The translations under genes and the position numbers were made by a program. Source: Rebecca billardiae RCC1528 (taxonomy: Eukaryota; Protista; Haptophyta). Taken from it: DNA of 64,000 bases. The stretch covers positions 62,001-126,000 of the forward strand of contig OZ251223.1 of assembly GCA_965240325.2 (NCBI GenBank), given 5' to 3'. Positions 34,189 through 47,381 of this stretch are shown here, piece after piece (the first letter of the stretch is position 1; each line of letters opens with the position of its first letter). Under the pieces are notes generated by a model, which saw only the letters and a list, made by a program, of their open reading frames with translations, did not search any database and was not told the DNA's origin.

Positions 34189-37100
34189 TCAGCCGTCGAC
34201 GGCCATCGGCGCGGTGCCGCCGCCGCCTCCGCCCTGCTCGGTGCGCTGCGCCAGCCTCTCCGCCTTCCACGCGCCGATCTTGGCCTTGAGCTCGTCCGCG
34301 GGCTGCAGCATGTCCGCCGTGAGGCGCGAGCGGTTGAACGGGTCGGTCTCGTCCGAGAGCAGGTGGCTGCGCCGCGCGGCGAGGGCGCGGGTGCGGCGGT
34401 GCGCGCGCGAGCGGCGCGAGTCGGCGCGCGTGCGCGCGCGAGCAGCGCAGCGGCCGCGGCCGCGCGGCGCGCGGCCGCGCGGCGCGCAGCGCGCGGGCGC
34501 GGTGCGCGTGCGCGGGCGCTCACCGCATGATGGCCGCCTTCTCGACGTGCACGCCCGACGAGGGCAGCAGCACGGGGTCGGACATCAGCTCGTACGTGAT
34601 CTGGCACGCGAACTCGTCGGGCGTCTCGCCTGCGGCGCGCGCGCGCGCGCGCGCGCGCGAGCGAGGCGCGCACACGCGTCGGGCGCGGCGGCGCGTCGGC
34701 GCGGCGCGCGGCGAGCGGCGCGCGCGTGCGGCGCGTGCGGCGCGCGTGCGCGGCGCTGGGCGCACCGAGGTCCTCCTCCATCTGCACCTCGTGCGCGGCC
34801 GCCTCGGCGCACCGGCCCACCAGCTCGTGGAAGGCGTGCAGCTGCTCCTCCTTGAGCATGTACCGCAGCACCTGCGCGGTCGTGCGCACGTCGCGGGGCA
34901 GCGCGGCGGCGGTGGCGCGCGCTTCGAGTGAGCGCGCGCGCGCCAACTCAAAGCGCGCGCGAAAACGCGCGCGCGCGCGCGCGCGCTCACCTTGTTGTGC
35001 GCGCGCTGGAAGAGGTCCGGGCGGTACGAGCGCTGGTCCGAGATGATCGCCTGCGGCAGCTCCGGCTGCTTCGCCAGGTGGATGTAGATCTCGGCGATCT
35101 CGACGAGCAGGTTGCGCGGGTTGAAGTGATACTTGTCCGGCTCTCGCACCTTGAGCTCGAGGCACTGCGGCCCGACCAGTCGAAGCACAAACGAGTTGAG
35201 CATCATCGCGACGCGCGAGGCGAGCTCGGGGCGCATGAGCACGCAGACGATCGTGCCGTCGGTCGTGAGGTAGTTCAGCATGTGCACCGTCCGGTTCGCC
35301 AGCTGCATGTAGTACCCCGCCTGCTCCTCCGCCTGGCGCAGCACGTCCGACCGCTCGGTGCGCTCCGCGTCCGGCAGCGCCGCCCACGCGGCCGCGTCGT
35401 CCTGCTGCCGCTGCACCTCGCGGATCTTGGCGAGCTTGGTGAGCGCCTCGTCCATGCAGTAGAGCGCGTCGTTGAGGATGAAGTTGATGAAGCGCACGAA
35501 CTTGTCCGCCTGCCCCGCCACGCCCACGATCGCCGCGCGGTGCTCCGGCTCCTCCCACAGCCGCTCGAGCACCGCCGCCATCCCGCGCCGGTAGTGGAAC
35601 TTGTCGTAGAACTGCGTGTGCGAGCCCGTGAACTCGATGTCGACGAAGAAGGCCATGAGCGCGGGGGCGAGGTGCGCGCGCGCGAGCGCGTGCGACGCCA
35701 GGCACCCGTGCAGCCGCGACTGCGCGTGCGACGCCCCGCCGCGCGCGCCGCGCCCGCCCTCCGCCGGCACGAACAGCTCGAGCACCTCCGTGAGGTGCGC
35801 GCGCAGGTACGGGTTGTGTAAAAAGCGCGGCGCGCCGAGGAACGCGGTGATGAAGGTGAGGAGCGCGGAGAGCTGCGCGTCGGAGAGCGCGTCGAGCGCG
35901 GCGGGGTCGTACCGCCCCACGTACTTGACGAACGACACCGCGTCGTCCATCGTGTGCTCGGGCTGCACGCGGAAGAGGCGCGGCACGGCGGGGCCGAGCG
36001 GCAGCGTCGGCTGCGGCACGCCCGCGCCGTCGGTCGGACAGCCCTCGCCGCACGCGAGCCCGAGGAGCCAGGTCATGACGAGGAGGTAGTAGCGGAGCGC
36101 CTCCGCCGTGAACTCCTTGTCGCACATGTGCGCCTCGAACGCCAGCCGGCGCATCAGCGCCTTGTCCAGCTCGCGCTCCGCCGCGGCCAGGTCGGCCGTC
36201 TCGGCGCCGCCCGCCGCGTCGCGCAGCCGCCGCACCTCGCGGTCGAGCTGCGCGTGCGAGCGCTCGTGTACCTTGGCCATGCGCTCGAAGGCGGGGATGA
36301 CGGTGACGTGCATCGCGCGCATCGCGCAGAAGAAGAACTCCGAGATCGTGCCGAACGACGCGGACACCTCCAACCCGTCGCCCACCGCCGCCAGCTCGTC
36401 GCCAACGCCGCCGCCGCTCCCGCCGCCGCCGCCGCCCGCCTCCGCCGCGGCGGGCGCGCCCACGCCCTCGCTCGCCATGTGGCGGAGGTAGCGGTCGCGC
36501 GCGTCCTCGTTGCGCGGGTCGAGCCAGTGCATCAGCGCGTCCTCCGACGCGTGCAGCTTCGTCTCCTTCGACGTGTCGAAGCGGTGCTTGCTCAGCAGGA
36601 AGGTCGGGTCGATCTTGGACGCGTGCGCCGAGCGCGGGTCTGCGAACGGCTCACACAGTTTGAGCAGCGCCCAGCAGAGGTTGAACATGAAGCCGAGCGA
36701 GGCGAGGTCGGCGCCGTCGCCCTGGCCCTGCTGCCACCACTCCGTCGCGCGCTCCTTGCTCGCGCCGATCGCGCCGCCCACCCACGCCAGCAGCGCGCCC
36801 TGCGACTCCTTGGAGCGGAGCACGTGCCCCAGCGCTGCGTGCAGCCCGCTCACGAGCGTGCGCGAGCCCACGCGCAGCACGGTGATGTTGGCGTCGAGCT
36901 GCGCGCGCGTGCGCTTCGAGACGTCGGAGAAGAGCTGGTGCGACGGCAGGTGCGACAGGTCGCCGCCGCCCGCGCCGCCGCCCGCCATCGCCTCGAGCAG
37001 CTCGACGACCGACTCCGGGACGAAACCGCATGGTCTGAAGAAGGGACCGAGTAGCGAGCCCTCGAACGCGCGGCCGTTGGGCGGCGCGCCGGGCGGCGGC

Positions 37101-37924
37101 GCGCGGAGCCGCGCGGCGGCGAGCGCGAGCTGCGGCGGCACGCGCGGCAGCGGCGCCGCCGCCGTCGGCATGAACCGCGCGTCGCGCACGAGCGCGCCGC
37201 GCATCGGCTTGCACTCGAGCAGCGCGACCAGCGCGCGCAGCGGCGCCGTGAACGTGGTCAGGATGGTCTCGGAGGCCATGCGCGCGTGCAGCGCGCCGAA
37301 GAGCGGCGCGGCGAGCTCGTCGATCAGCCCCTCGCCCGCCGCGTGCTCCGTCAGCCGCGCCAGGAAGCCCGACGGCAGCGCGGGCGCGCTCGCGCCCGCG
37401 AGCGCGCCCGCGGTCGACAGGTCGGCCTCGAGCAGCACCAGCAGCCGCTCGGCGCCCTGCGCGGCGGCGGAGGGCGGCTGCGGGAAGAGCTCGGGGTTGA
37501 GCAGGCCGACCGAGGCGTACGAGACGCACAGCTCGAGCGCGTACTCGAGCAGCTCCGCCGCGCCCTCGGGAGCGGGCGCCGCGCCCGCGCGCGCGGCCGC
37601 GTTCGCCTGCCGGCGGCGCTCGTCGAGCCCGCGCTGGTAGCACGCGACGAGGCGGTCGAGGAGCGGCTCGGCGTTCGGCGCGGCGGAGCCGGAGGAGAGA
37701 AACGACACGACCACGCGGTCGACGAGCGAGCGCCGCGTCGGCATGTCCGCCCAGCGCGGCGCGGCCGCCGCGGCCGCCTGCTGCTCCGCCAGCAGCTCCG
37801 ACGCGAGCTCCGGCAGCGAGACGAGCGGCGCGGGCGGCGCGGGCCCGGCCTCGCCGACGAGGCGCACGCGAAACACCTTGGCCAGCAGGTCCGCGTCCTG
37901 CGGGAGCAGCTCGGGCGCGCTCAT
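34189..37924 (-). CDS. UFD2: Ubiquitin conjugation factor E4 (UFD2/UBE4) with C-terminal U-box; three 3' introns (about 34872-34990, 34630-34765, 34367-34523)
   Basis: Ufd2P core motifs [33 protein letters not shown] and [14 protein letters not shown]-box [22 protein letters not shown]...[13 protein letters not shown]. Confidence 0.93.
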
Positions 37925-38138
37925 CCCGGGCAGTCGCGCCGATCGAAGCTCGTCGCGGCGCGGCGGGGGCGGATGGCGAGCGCGCTGGCGAGCGCGCTTT
38001 GCTCGAGATGCCGCCGCGCGCGCCCGGACTTGTCCCCGAAAACGAGCCCGGACGCGCCCGGAGCGGCGAAAATGAAGTCCCTGGCTCGCTGAGAAGGAAC
38101 CGGACGCGCCGCGCGGCCCGCGACCGCCGCGCGCGCGG

Positions 38139-39476
38139 ATGCTGCGCACGACGGCGCGCGTGGCCTCGTCGTGGCCGGCCGACGTGCTCGCAGCCGCGCG
38201 CGGCGACGGCCGCCGCCGGCTGTGGGCGGGCTCGACCGCGTCCGCCGTCGGCGCCGCGTGCGCCGCCGGCGCGTCCGCGTGGGCCGCGGCCGCGGCGTGC
38301 TTCTACGCCGCCTCGGTGCAGCGCCCGACCGTCGCGCACGCGGGCGGCGCGCGGCTGCAGCGGCTCCTCGCGCGGTGCCCGGGGCTGCAGCGCACGTACT
38401 GGCCCGCACCGCTACTTAGCAACCGGCACGTCGCGATCGTCGCCGGCATGAAGCTGCGCGATGAGCGCGCGCCAGAGCTCGCGTTCACGCGGCAGCGCAT
38501 CCGGCATGCGGACGGCGGCGCGACCGCGCTCGACTGGGCGGAGGCGTTGCCGAGCTCGCCCGCGGCGGGCACGCCGCTCGCGGAGGACGCGCCCGTCGCC
38601 ATCTTCACGCACACCGTCACCGCCACCGCCGCGGAGGGCTACGGCCTCGCCGGCCTGCTGCTCGGCGCGCGCGCGCGCGGCTGGCGGCCTGCCGTGCACG
38701 TGCGGCGCGGCTGCGGCGGGCTCGCGCTGGAGAGCGCGCGGCTCAACCCGTTCGGCTGCGCGGACGACCTGCGCGACGCGGTCGACGCCGCGCGGCTCGC
38801 CGCGCCGCGCGCGCGCGCGCTCGGCTTCGTCGGCCTCTCCGCGGGCTCGGCCGTGCTCGCGCGCTACCTCGGCGAGTACGCGGTGCACGCGCGCGCCGCG
38901 CCCGGCGCGCCCGGCGGCGCGTGCGCGGCGGTGCTGATCGCGCACGGGTACCGGATGCCGCACGCGTGGCGCCGCGTCGGCCTGCCCTACTCCGCCATCA
39001 TGCTGCGCAAGCTCAAGGCGTACTACCTCCTGCCGCACGCGCGCGAGCTCGGCGCCCACCCGGCGTACGCGCGCGCGCTGCGCGCGACGTCGCTGCCCGA
39101 GCTGTTTGAGACCGCGCTGCCGCCGCTGTGCGGCTTCGAGGGCGGGCTGGGCGAGATGGTGGCGCGGACGTGCCCGCACGCCGTGCGCGAGCGGATCGAG
39201 ACGCCCACGCTCTTCGTCAACTCGCTCGACGACCCGCTCTCGGTCGCGGCCAACATCGAGCACGACCTCTTCGCCTCCTCGCCCGCGTGCGCGCTCGCCA
39301 CCGTGCGCGCCGGCGCGCACATCGAGTTCTACCAGCTGCCGCGGAGCGGCGCGCCGTGGGCGGTGCGCAGCGCGACCGGCTGGGCGGATAGCCTCGCGCT
39401 CGACTTCATCGGCGCGGCGGACGCGGACGTACGCGCCGCGCGCGACGTGGCGGGGACGGCGCCACCGACGACTTGA
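38139..39476 (+). CDS. ABHD1/3 / YheT-family alpha/beta hydrolase
   Basis: DGGATALDW, RGCGG, nucleophile elbow GLSAGS, VNSLDDP and GAHIEF. Confidence 0.85.
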   Translation: MLRTTARVASSWPADVLAAARGDGRRRLWAGSTASAVGAACAAGASAWAAAAACFYAASVQRPTVAHAGGARLQRLLARCPGLQRTYWPAPLLSNRHVAIVAGMKLRDERAPELAFTRQRIRHADGGATALDWAEALPSSPAAGTPLAEDAPVAIFTHTVTATAAEGYGLAGLLLGARARGWRPAVHVRRGCGGLALESARLNPFGCADDLRDAVDAARLAAPRARALGFVGLSAGSAVLARYLGEYAVHARAAPGAPGGACAAVLIAHGYRMPHAWRRVGLPYSAIMLRKLKAYYLLPHARELGAHPAYARALRATSLPELFETALPPLCGFEGGLGEMVARTCPHAVRERIETPTLFVNSLDDPLSVAANIEHDLFASSPACALATVRAGAHIEFYQLPRSGAPWAVRSATGWADSLALDFIGAADADVRAARDVAGTAPPTT

Positions 39477-40744
39477 CGCGGTTTCAAGTCGGGAGGAGGC
39501 GGGCCGCGCAGCAGCCCGCTCACGGCCCGACGCCTCGTGGTCATGCGGTCTGGTCCGGCTCCGCCCGATTCCGCCGGCCGGTGCCTGCCCCTCACGGACC
39601 GTTGGGATGAGCACCTGGCTTCGTCCTGCCATGGGCCGACCGTGCCATGACGGTGATGCGCGGGGCGCCATAAATGAGGATCATCAGACCGCTTCAACGC
39701 AGCCCACGTCTGCGGTACCGAAGGTGAAGGCACGCCGAGAAAGAGTGGTAGTGTACCACAAACACGAGCAGAACAAATCAGTTCTTGAAGAACTGAGAAA
39801 AATGCGAGGGCTTGGCGGCTGCTCGCCAGTGGCCGCCGCCGCTGTGGCCGACCACTCTTCACCTCGTCGCAAGTGCCGCTTCCCGGACAAGGGCTCGAAA
39901 GCACCCGCGCGCCGACGACGCGCGCGACGCGGAGAGGCCGACTGAGGGGGCGGCCCTCACTTGGGCGGGGGCCTCATCGACCCTCTCGAGGCGAACCCGG
40001 CGCCCGTCATCCTCGCGCTCCACCCCTCGCCGCGCACGGGCGCGTGCGGGCAGGCCTCCATCACAGGTTCAGAAGCGGCCATCCTGATCCTTTATGGCCT
40101 GCCCTGGCTAAGTCGGCGCTCAGCTCTGAAGCCGGACTTCTTAGCAGAATATTCGTGGAGAATATTCAAGCACAGCGCGTCGGCCTTTTGTTCGGCCACT
40201 GATCGGACTATGAAGTTTGATGATCGATATTTATCGGGTTCATCAAAGCAGATATTGGTTTGACGGTTCGCCCAATACGCATGATAGATTCGTTCGTTTG
40301 GGCTCCCGAAAAGGAATCTAACGACAACGAACAGTTGGCGGCAGCGTGAGCCGGCAGAAGGCAGCTATGGCCGATACCGAGTAATCCCGGGGTCAGGGGT
40401 GGGGACTTCCGGGCCGCGGCGTCCAGGACCGTCACTCACTACTCAGCTCACTCAGGGCACTCAGTCTTTGCATGCGATGTCATGCTGCGGCAGCATGCGG
40501 CGCACACATTGAGCCGGCGCGGCACCGGCGGCTGACAAATCAAGTGTGACAATTGGCAGTGTTCCCGCTGTTCCCAGCGCAGCGGGCGCAGCGGCGTCAG
40601 CCACCGCCGCGGCGCCGTCGGGCCGAGCCCGGACTCCGGGGTGAGCCGCGTCCGCGCCGCCGCTGCCGCGCCGCCGCAGCTGGCCTGACGTACGTGCCTT
40701 CCCGAGCGGACCGGCGGCAGTAAGGACGCGGAGGGCGGCGTCGC

Positions 40745-41560
40745 TCAGTAGGATGGCGCCGCCATCCCGGCGCTGCTGTTGACGACGACGGCGATGCGAT
40801 CCGCCGCGACCGCACGCCCTTGGCTCGACATGTGCATGCCCTGGACGGTGTTCGCACCCTGCGCGAAGAGCGGCGGCGGCTGGCCGGCGAGCACCTGCGC
40901 GGAGGGCGCGGGCGGGACGTACACCCACTGCGGCGTGGGCGGTGCCCCCCACCCGCCCCCGACCGCCGTCGCGCCCGCAATCGCCGTGGGGTTGCCATGG
41001 AGAGGCGGCCCGCACGAGGGCTGCTGCGGTCCGCCGCCGGCAAGGAGGCCGATTTTGCCGGACATGGCCTGCTCGAGGGCGAAGATGCGGGAGCGCATCT
41101 CCTCGATCACGGTCGTCATGCGCTGCACCTCGCCCTGCAGGGCGTGCACCGCGCTGGCGTCCGCGTCCGTCGGGGCCGTGTCGTCAGCCGCGGCGTGGTT
41201 GCGCGAGATGGTCGCGAGGTCACGCTCGTTGCCGCGCTGGAAGCGGCGGTGGACGAACTCGATGACGCGCGAGCCCTTGCCACGTCGCCTGAAGCCGTAC
41301 ATGTTGAGCTGCCGAATGAACGAGCGCATGTTGGAGTGCTTAAAGTAGAGCGGCAGCACGTCGCGGGCGAACGCCGCCGGCCGCAGGATCTGGATCGCAT
41401 CGCCGTTAGGCGTCCACGTGATGTGGTCGTCGATCTGCGGGTTGCACACCATCTGATAGAGCTTTCGGACGAACTTCGAGGCGCGATCAGCGTCCGTCGG
41501 GTTCTGCACGTCGCCCTCGTCGTCGGGGATGAGCGTGGCTGGCGCGTCGGCGCTCGGCAT
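40745..41560 (-). CDS. Heat-shock transcription factor (HSF DNA-binding domain plus short coiled coil)
   Basis: FVRKLYQMV...ITWTPNG...VLPLYFKHSNMRSFIRQLNMYGFRR...EFVHRRFQRG, followed by heptad LQGEVQRMTTVIEEMRSRIFALE. Confidence 0.93.
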   Translation of the reverse strand: MPSADAPATLIPDDEGDVQNPTDADRASKFVRKLYQMVCNPQIDDHITWTPNGDAIQILRPAAFARDVLPLYFKHSNMRSFIRQLNMYGFRRRGKGSRVIEFVHRRFQRGNERDLATISRNHAAADDTAPTDADASAVHALQGEVQRMTTVIEEMRSRIFALEQAMSGKIGLLAGGGPQQPSCGPPLHGNPTAIAGATAVGGGWGAPPTPQWVYVPPAPSAQVLAGQPPPLFAQGANTVQGMHMSSQGRAVAADRIAVVVNSSAGMAAPSY

Positions 41561-43619
41561 GGCGTGGGGTGGGGTGGTGCGCGCACAACTTGACTTGCTG
41601 AGCCGAGGCGGGTCGGGAGCCGCTGAGCGAACTAATCGAAGTTGAAGTAGACGAGCGAATTGGGGAGAACCTCTTGAGATCACTGGACGGCTCGCGGCCC
41701 AGATGATGATGATGGATGTGCGTCCGTGGGGCGTGGGCGGGTTGAATTCGACACTGCTACTATCTAAAGTACATGATTACTGCTCGATATTACTTAACTG
41801 CCCTACTAAAGACACCGGGTGGATCCACCAATGAAAGTGCAGATCCACCCGCTCGACTTCTCCCGAGAAGTCGAGTTCCGCGAGCTTTCGGGCGGGGTCC
41901 CACGCAGGGTCTACAAACCGCTCGGGAGATGGTGAAAATGGTTGGAGCACACTTTCGGCTATTCATTGGAACAACCGCATTTCATATGGTTTGGTTCAGC
42001 AACACTTCCGGGCGTCCTCGAGGTGGACCCTTCTTGACGATACTGGTCATCATGAGGACTGGAGTGGACCCTTTGACGAACGACTGACGACCACTGAGCG
42101 AAGGCCGAAAGTCGGTCGGCGGGGTGGCGATCCCGTTTCTCAGAGTTGAGTCAGAGATTTTAGCAACCCGGGCGTTGGCGTATGAGCCGTATTGGTGGAC
42201 CCGCATTGTGAGAGCCTTCGCGAATGCTCATATCGTACCGTTTCAGGTAGCCTGAACCACCTTAACTCTAATAGTACGCCAGTAGCAGTAAAGTAGTTGA
42301 GTACCCCCACCATGACTAACGACAGTTCACAGTTTACTCGACATAGGGGGTCCGCCGCCCTGAGTTCTCGTCGCACGAGCTCTCGCGGCAGCATGGCCGC
42401 CATCCATCATCGAGGTGAGCCTGCCATTGTGCGCCAAGTGGAGGGCCGTAGACGCCGAGTCGTCGCCGCCGAGCGCCTCGGCACGGTCGTGCACTCCCCT
42501 GGTGGTGTAATCACAGTCCGGGCGCGACGTTATCTCATCACCTGCGCGCGGAATGCGCCCGGCGATGACGGCGCCCGTGCAGGCCACGGATGCGCGTGCG
42601 ATTTTGTGAACCAAGTGGAGGGCGGGTATTTGGTCGGGTGCACCCGCTCGCTGTCCGGCGCGCTTGCCGGCGGCTCCGCGGATGTAATCGCAGTCCGCAT
42701 TCCGCTCTCAGCGCCCTTGTCCGACCACGCCGCGCCCGCCAACGCGCGCACGGCGTGGCGGCCGGCTGGCCGCGCTGCGTGACTGTAACTGTAAGTCCGC
42801 AAAGTCTGCCGTGGTCTTATCATCCACTGAGGGATCGATCTCCTGAGGTGGTCCGGGAGCTATCGCAGATCACGCCAGAGCAGGCCGGCGGCGATCCCGT
42901 CGATTTGCGTCATATATCCAAGATCAACGCTCCGCCTACTACAGACAGTACGGCAGTGAGAGTGGCACTCTTGGCCGACTCGGTCTCGGCCTCGCCCTCG
43001 GGCAAACTGCGGCCGCGTCGGTCCTGTCGAGTGCCGCACCGTGCGGCCTATACCCGAGTACCGCACGGTCGCGGTCTGAGTATACCGTCGCGGCCAATGA
43101 CTAACAAGTATAACCGTGTAGCGGACGGTATGACATTGACTCCGGACAAGGTCCGGCTTAGGCGATACTCTGCTCCAGTCATCATTAGACTCATACGGTA
43201 ACGGTCCGCCAGCCCGCCGCTGGCGGCCGCGGCCGCCGCGCCCGGCCCGCGCGGCCGCGCGCGGCCGCGCGGCCGCCGGCCCGGGGCGCCGCTGCCGCGC
43301 GGCCGCGGCGGCCGCGGGCGCGGCCGCGGGCGCGGCCGTGGGCGCGGCACTCTCGCCGTGGCCGAACTGCCAAAGACTCGGCGGTGCATAGTTCTCAAAG
43401 GCCCGCGGCCGACTCCTCGCGGAAGAATGCGGTGATGGCGGTGGGCCAGGGCCGAGGGCGCACGTGCGGCACGGACGTCCAGCGGCAGGCCCTGGGGAGC
43501 GGTCAGGCCAGCGCTCGGAGAGTCCTCCCTCCCACGCCAGGCACGGTGCGGCCGGTGCGCCGCCGTGCACTCTGCAGCGACAAGGTGCCCCCCGGCGCCG
43601 CCACGCCGCCCGGCGCCCA

Positions 43620-45533
43620 TCAGTCGAAGCCCGCCGCCTCGAGGCCGCACACGACCGCGATGCCGAGTGGGTAGAGCGCGCCCACCAGCACGCCGTCCAG
43701 CAGCCGGTGCGTGCGCCGCACGGCGATCACGGCGAGCGCGAGCTCGACGACGATCACCGCCGCCGTCTCGGCGGTGAACTCCCAGTACAGGTCGCCCCTG
43801 AAGACGATCAGCGCCATGAAGATGGCCAGGCAGAACGTGTTGTTCATGATCGCCGCGCCGAGCAGCGAGGAGAAGGAGATGGTCACAGAGCGCACCGTCT
43901 TGCGCCGCGAGAAGGCGAAGGCCGAGACCACCTCCGAGCCGTTGGACTGGCGCGCGGCGCGCGCGCACCGCACCGCGCATCCGGCCAGGCAGGGAGCGCG
44001 CGCGCACGCGGAGGGAAGGGGGAAGGCGCGGAGCCGGGCTGAGCCACGCACCCGCCCTGCCGACGGCGCGGCGCCATCCCGCGCCCACGCGCGCTCGGGC
44101 TCCCTCCCTCCCTCCCTCCCTCCCTCTCTCTCTCTCTCTCACTCTCTCGCGCGACGCACGCGCGCACGCACGCACCGCCAGCGGCGCGAGCACAAAGGCC
44201 ACGTAGAAGGGCGGCACGCCCGTGCGCGCGGCCATCTCGCCCAGCACGCCCACCTGCGGGCGCGCAGCGCGGCGCGCAGCAAAGCGCAGCGCGGCGGCAC
44301 AGCACAGCGCGCGCGCGGTGGCGGTGGTGGTGACGCGTGGCGCGTGCCGGAGGAGGGGCGCGGAGGCGGCGCGCATGGCGGTGCTGCCCCTCGGCGGCAG
44401 CCGCCGCACACCACCGCGCCGCGGCCGCAACCGCCACAGCCGCGCGCCGCCCCGCGCGCCACACCGCGCTCGCGTGCGCACTGCCGCGCGCGCGCCCCGC
44501 GCGTGCGCCCCGCGCGCACCATCGGGTCTGAGAAGAGCACGACGAGCACCGAGCCGAGCGCCATGCTGCGCAGCGCCGAGCGCAGCGCGCGCTTGTGCTG
44601 CTCCTCGGGCGGCAGGTCCTGCGCGAGGCGCGCGGGCCAGGGCGCGGCGCGCGGGCAGGCGGGCGCGCGCGTCAGCTGCCAGCCGCGAGCGCGCGCACAC
44701 ACACATGCGGGCGCGGCGGTTGCGGCGCGGCCGAGCGAGCAACCAAGGCGGGTGCGGGGCGGCGGCGGCACGCACGCATGGCCCGAGCACGGCGCCAGCC
44801 GCAGCGCGCACAGCACACTCACACACACACACAGAGAGAGATAAGGGCAAGCGCCACGCCCTGCGCTGCGCGCGCGCGCGTGCGGCGCACAGGCAGGCGC
44901 GCACCTTGAGCTCGTCCGGCACCTCCTCCTCGTCCTCGTCGTCCTCGTCCTCCTCCGCCTCCGCGCCGTCCGCACCGGCAGGCTGCGCGTCCGCGCCGCC
45001 GCCCTCCGCCGCCTCCGCCGCCTCTGCGCTCCGCAGCTCGGCGTCTGTCTCGGTGAACGCGGCCGTGTGCGTGTGGCTGCGCAGCGCCGAGCCGCGCCGC
45101 CGGATGTACGAGATCACCTGCGCGTGCGCGCACAGCACAGCACAGCACAGCACAGCACAGCCACCACGGTGGTGGGCACGAGGCGACGATGACAAGGGTC
45201 AGCAGGACGGTCGTCGTCGCCGCGGGCGGTGCCGCGGAGCCGGCAGCACAGTGGCGGGAACGGTGCGGCCGTGCGGGCGAGAGACGCGCGCTCGGGCTGG
45301 CCTGCTGCGGCCGCGCGCTCCGGGCGACGAGGCGCCGCAGCCCGCTGCCACGCAGCATGCCACCGCGCGGCGCCGCAGCCGCGCTGCCCAAGCGCCGAGG
45401 TGGCCACCGCGCAGCCGCCCGCCCGCCAGCGTGTGCCCGCGCGGGGTCGCGCGGGCACACGCACGCACGCTGCGCTGCCGCGCGCTCCACGCTGCGCACT
45501 CGCCCGGCCCCACCCCTCTACCCGCAGCCTGCA

Positions 45534-45575
<42 letters not shown>

Positions 45576-47381
45576 GCGCACCATCTGCACGAACTCGTCG
45601 AAGCTGATGCTCACGCCGTCCGCGCCCAGGTCGGCCGAGGCCGTGCCGGTCGCAAAGTCCGCGAGCTCCTTCGCGCCGACGCTCTCGTGCATGTCGGCAA
45701 AGAGCACGCGCAGCTCGGCGGCGTCGATGGTCTTGGAGCCATCAGAGTCGTCTGGGAAGGGTTAGGGTTAGGGTTAGGGTTAGGGTTAGGAAGGGACCGG
45801 CGCGCGCGCACCGATGGGGCGGTCGCGGGGTCGACGGGGCGGTCGGGGGGGCCGAGGGCGGGGCGGCTGCCGCGCAGCGGACGCCCGCGCCACCGAGCGC
45901 GCGGCACGGCCCGGCGACCGTGCGCGGGGGCAGAGGGCAGAGGCCCGCCCCCTCCTCCCCCCTCCCTCCCTCCCGCCCCGCTCGTGGCGTGCGCAGCCCC
46001 CGCTCGCGCAGCACGCGCAGCACGCGCCACGCAGCACGCCGTGCCGCGCAGGGCGCAGGGCGCAGGGCGCCGCCGCCGCACAACGGCGCGGTGTGCCGCT
46101 GGGCGCCGCGCGGCGCCTCTGCGCACTGCGCCGCCCCCGCGCACGGCCGCGCGCACTGCGCACATCGGTGGAAGAAGGGGCGCAGGGAGAAGCACGCAGA
46201 AGAAGGGGCGCAGGGAGAAGCACGCACGCACATCGGTGGAAGAAGGGGCGCAGGGTGTACCGGATCTCGTCGAGGATCTCGGCGTGCTGCCCCGAGAGGG
46301 AGAGGCGGCGCTGCGCCGGGGCGGGGACGGCGGCGTGCTGCGCGCCGGCGCGCGAGCCCGCCGAGCCGTGCAGCGGCGCGAGCAGCTCGTCGCGCAGGCT
46401 CGTGCCCGAGCGGGTGAACGGGCGCGGCGCGGCGCGCGCCGCGACGGCCGCCGCGACGGCCGCGTCCGCGCCGCCGCCGTCGGCGCCGTCGGCGCCCGCC
46501 GAGGCGGCGCTCGCCTCGAGCTTGGAGACGAGGTGGCCCATCGCGCCGACCAGCGTGAGGTGCCCCGAGCGGATCAGCTGGATCCGCTTCTCCTCCAGCA
46601 CCATCACGCGCATCGCCTCCGCCTCGCCCGAGAAGGTCTTGTGCGCCAGGTAGCCCACAAAGCACAGGGAGCACGCGGCCAGCCCGGCGATGGCGAAGGG
46701 CTTCTCGAAGCGGGCGACGGCGAGGGCCTCCTCGTCGGTGGTCGGCGCGCTGGAGGCGCGGTAGTTGCGCGTCATCGCGGGCAGCTGCGCGATCAGGTAC
46801 AGCGCCGCCGTCCCCACCATCACCCACGCCGAGTGGCCGACGACCGCGTCGCAGTTCACGCCCGTGCCGCGCAGCGACGCGTTGGTCGGCGGGCTGAGCT
46901 TGGCGAAGGGGCCGCGCTCGGAGGCGCGCCAGCCGGGCGGGCGCTTGTACGAGCCGATCCCGTGCTCGTCCAGGTTCACCCGGCCGGCGTACACGCTCAG
47001 CGCCCACGGCAGCGAGAGCAGCATGATCGTCGAGCCGGCGAGCGCGCCCACGCCGATCGACAGCTGCTGCTGCGCGAGCGCGCGGTCGCCGGCGAGGCCG
47101 GAGAAGAGGATGATCGCGCCGTCGGGCACGGCGCCGAGCACGGGGAGCACCACCGAGCCGACCAGGTGCTCGAGCGACGGCACCATCTGCAGCAGCTCCG
47201 CGCCGTCCGAGATGAGGTTGGACGCGAAGAAGAGCACGTACGCGTACGCGGCCGCGAGGCCGAGCACCTGCACGAGGCCGTAGCCGGCGAGCTCGCAGTA
47301 GCCCTCCTCGGCGGACTCGCAGCTCGCGCCGCCGGGGAGCGTGTCCGGCTTCACGAAGATGCGCTCGAGCATCTCCGCCAT
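43620..47381 (-). CDS. Na+/Ca2+ exchanger-like protein with EF-hands (NCL/EFCAX type), multi-exon
   Basis: Alpha-1 repeat LPVLGAVPDG...GVGALAGSTIMLLSLPW. EF-hand-like exon at about 45.58-45.75 kb (...ISFDEFV). Alpha-2 repeat FSDPMV...PPFYVAFVLAPLA|SNGSE...LLGAAIMNNT...WEFTAE. Confidence 0.88.
45758..45790 (+). repeat. Interstitial telomere-type (TTAGGG)5 tract in an intron
   Basis: AGGGTTAGGGTTAGGGTTAGGGTTAGGGTTAGG read directly. Confidence 0.9.

Noticed and set aside
41750-43200. Possible gene or transposon between HSF and the exchanger
   Set aside because: Only short ORFs without recognisable motifs. Some TACCG/CGGTA repeats near 43.0-43.2 kb hint at a transposon end, but I found no matching terminus.
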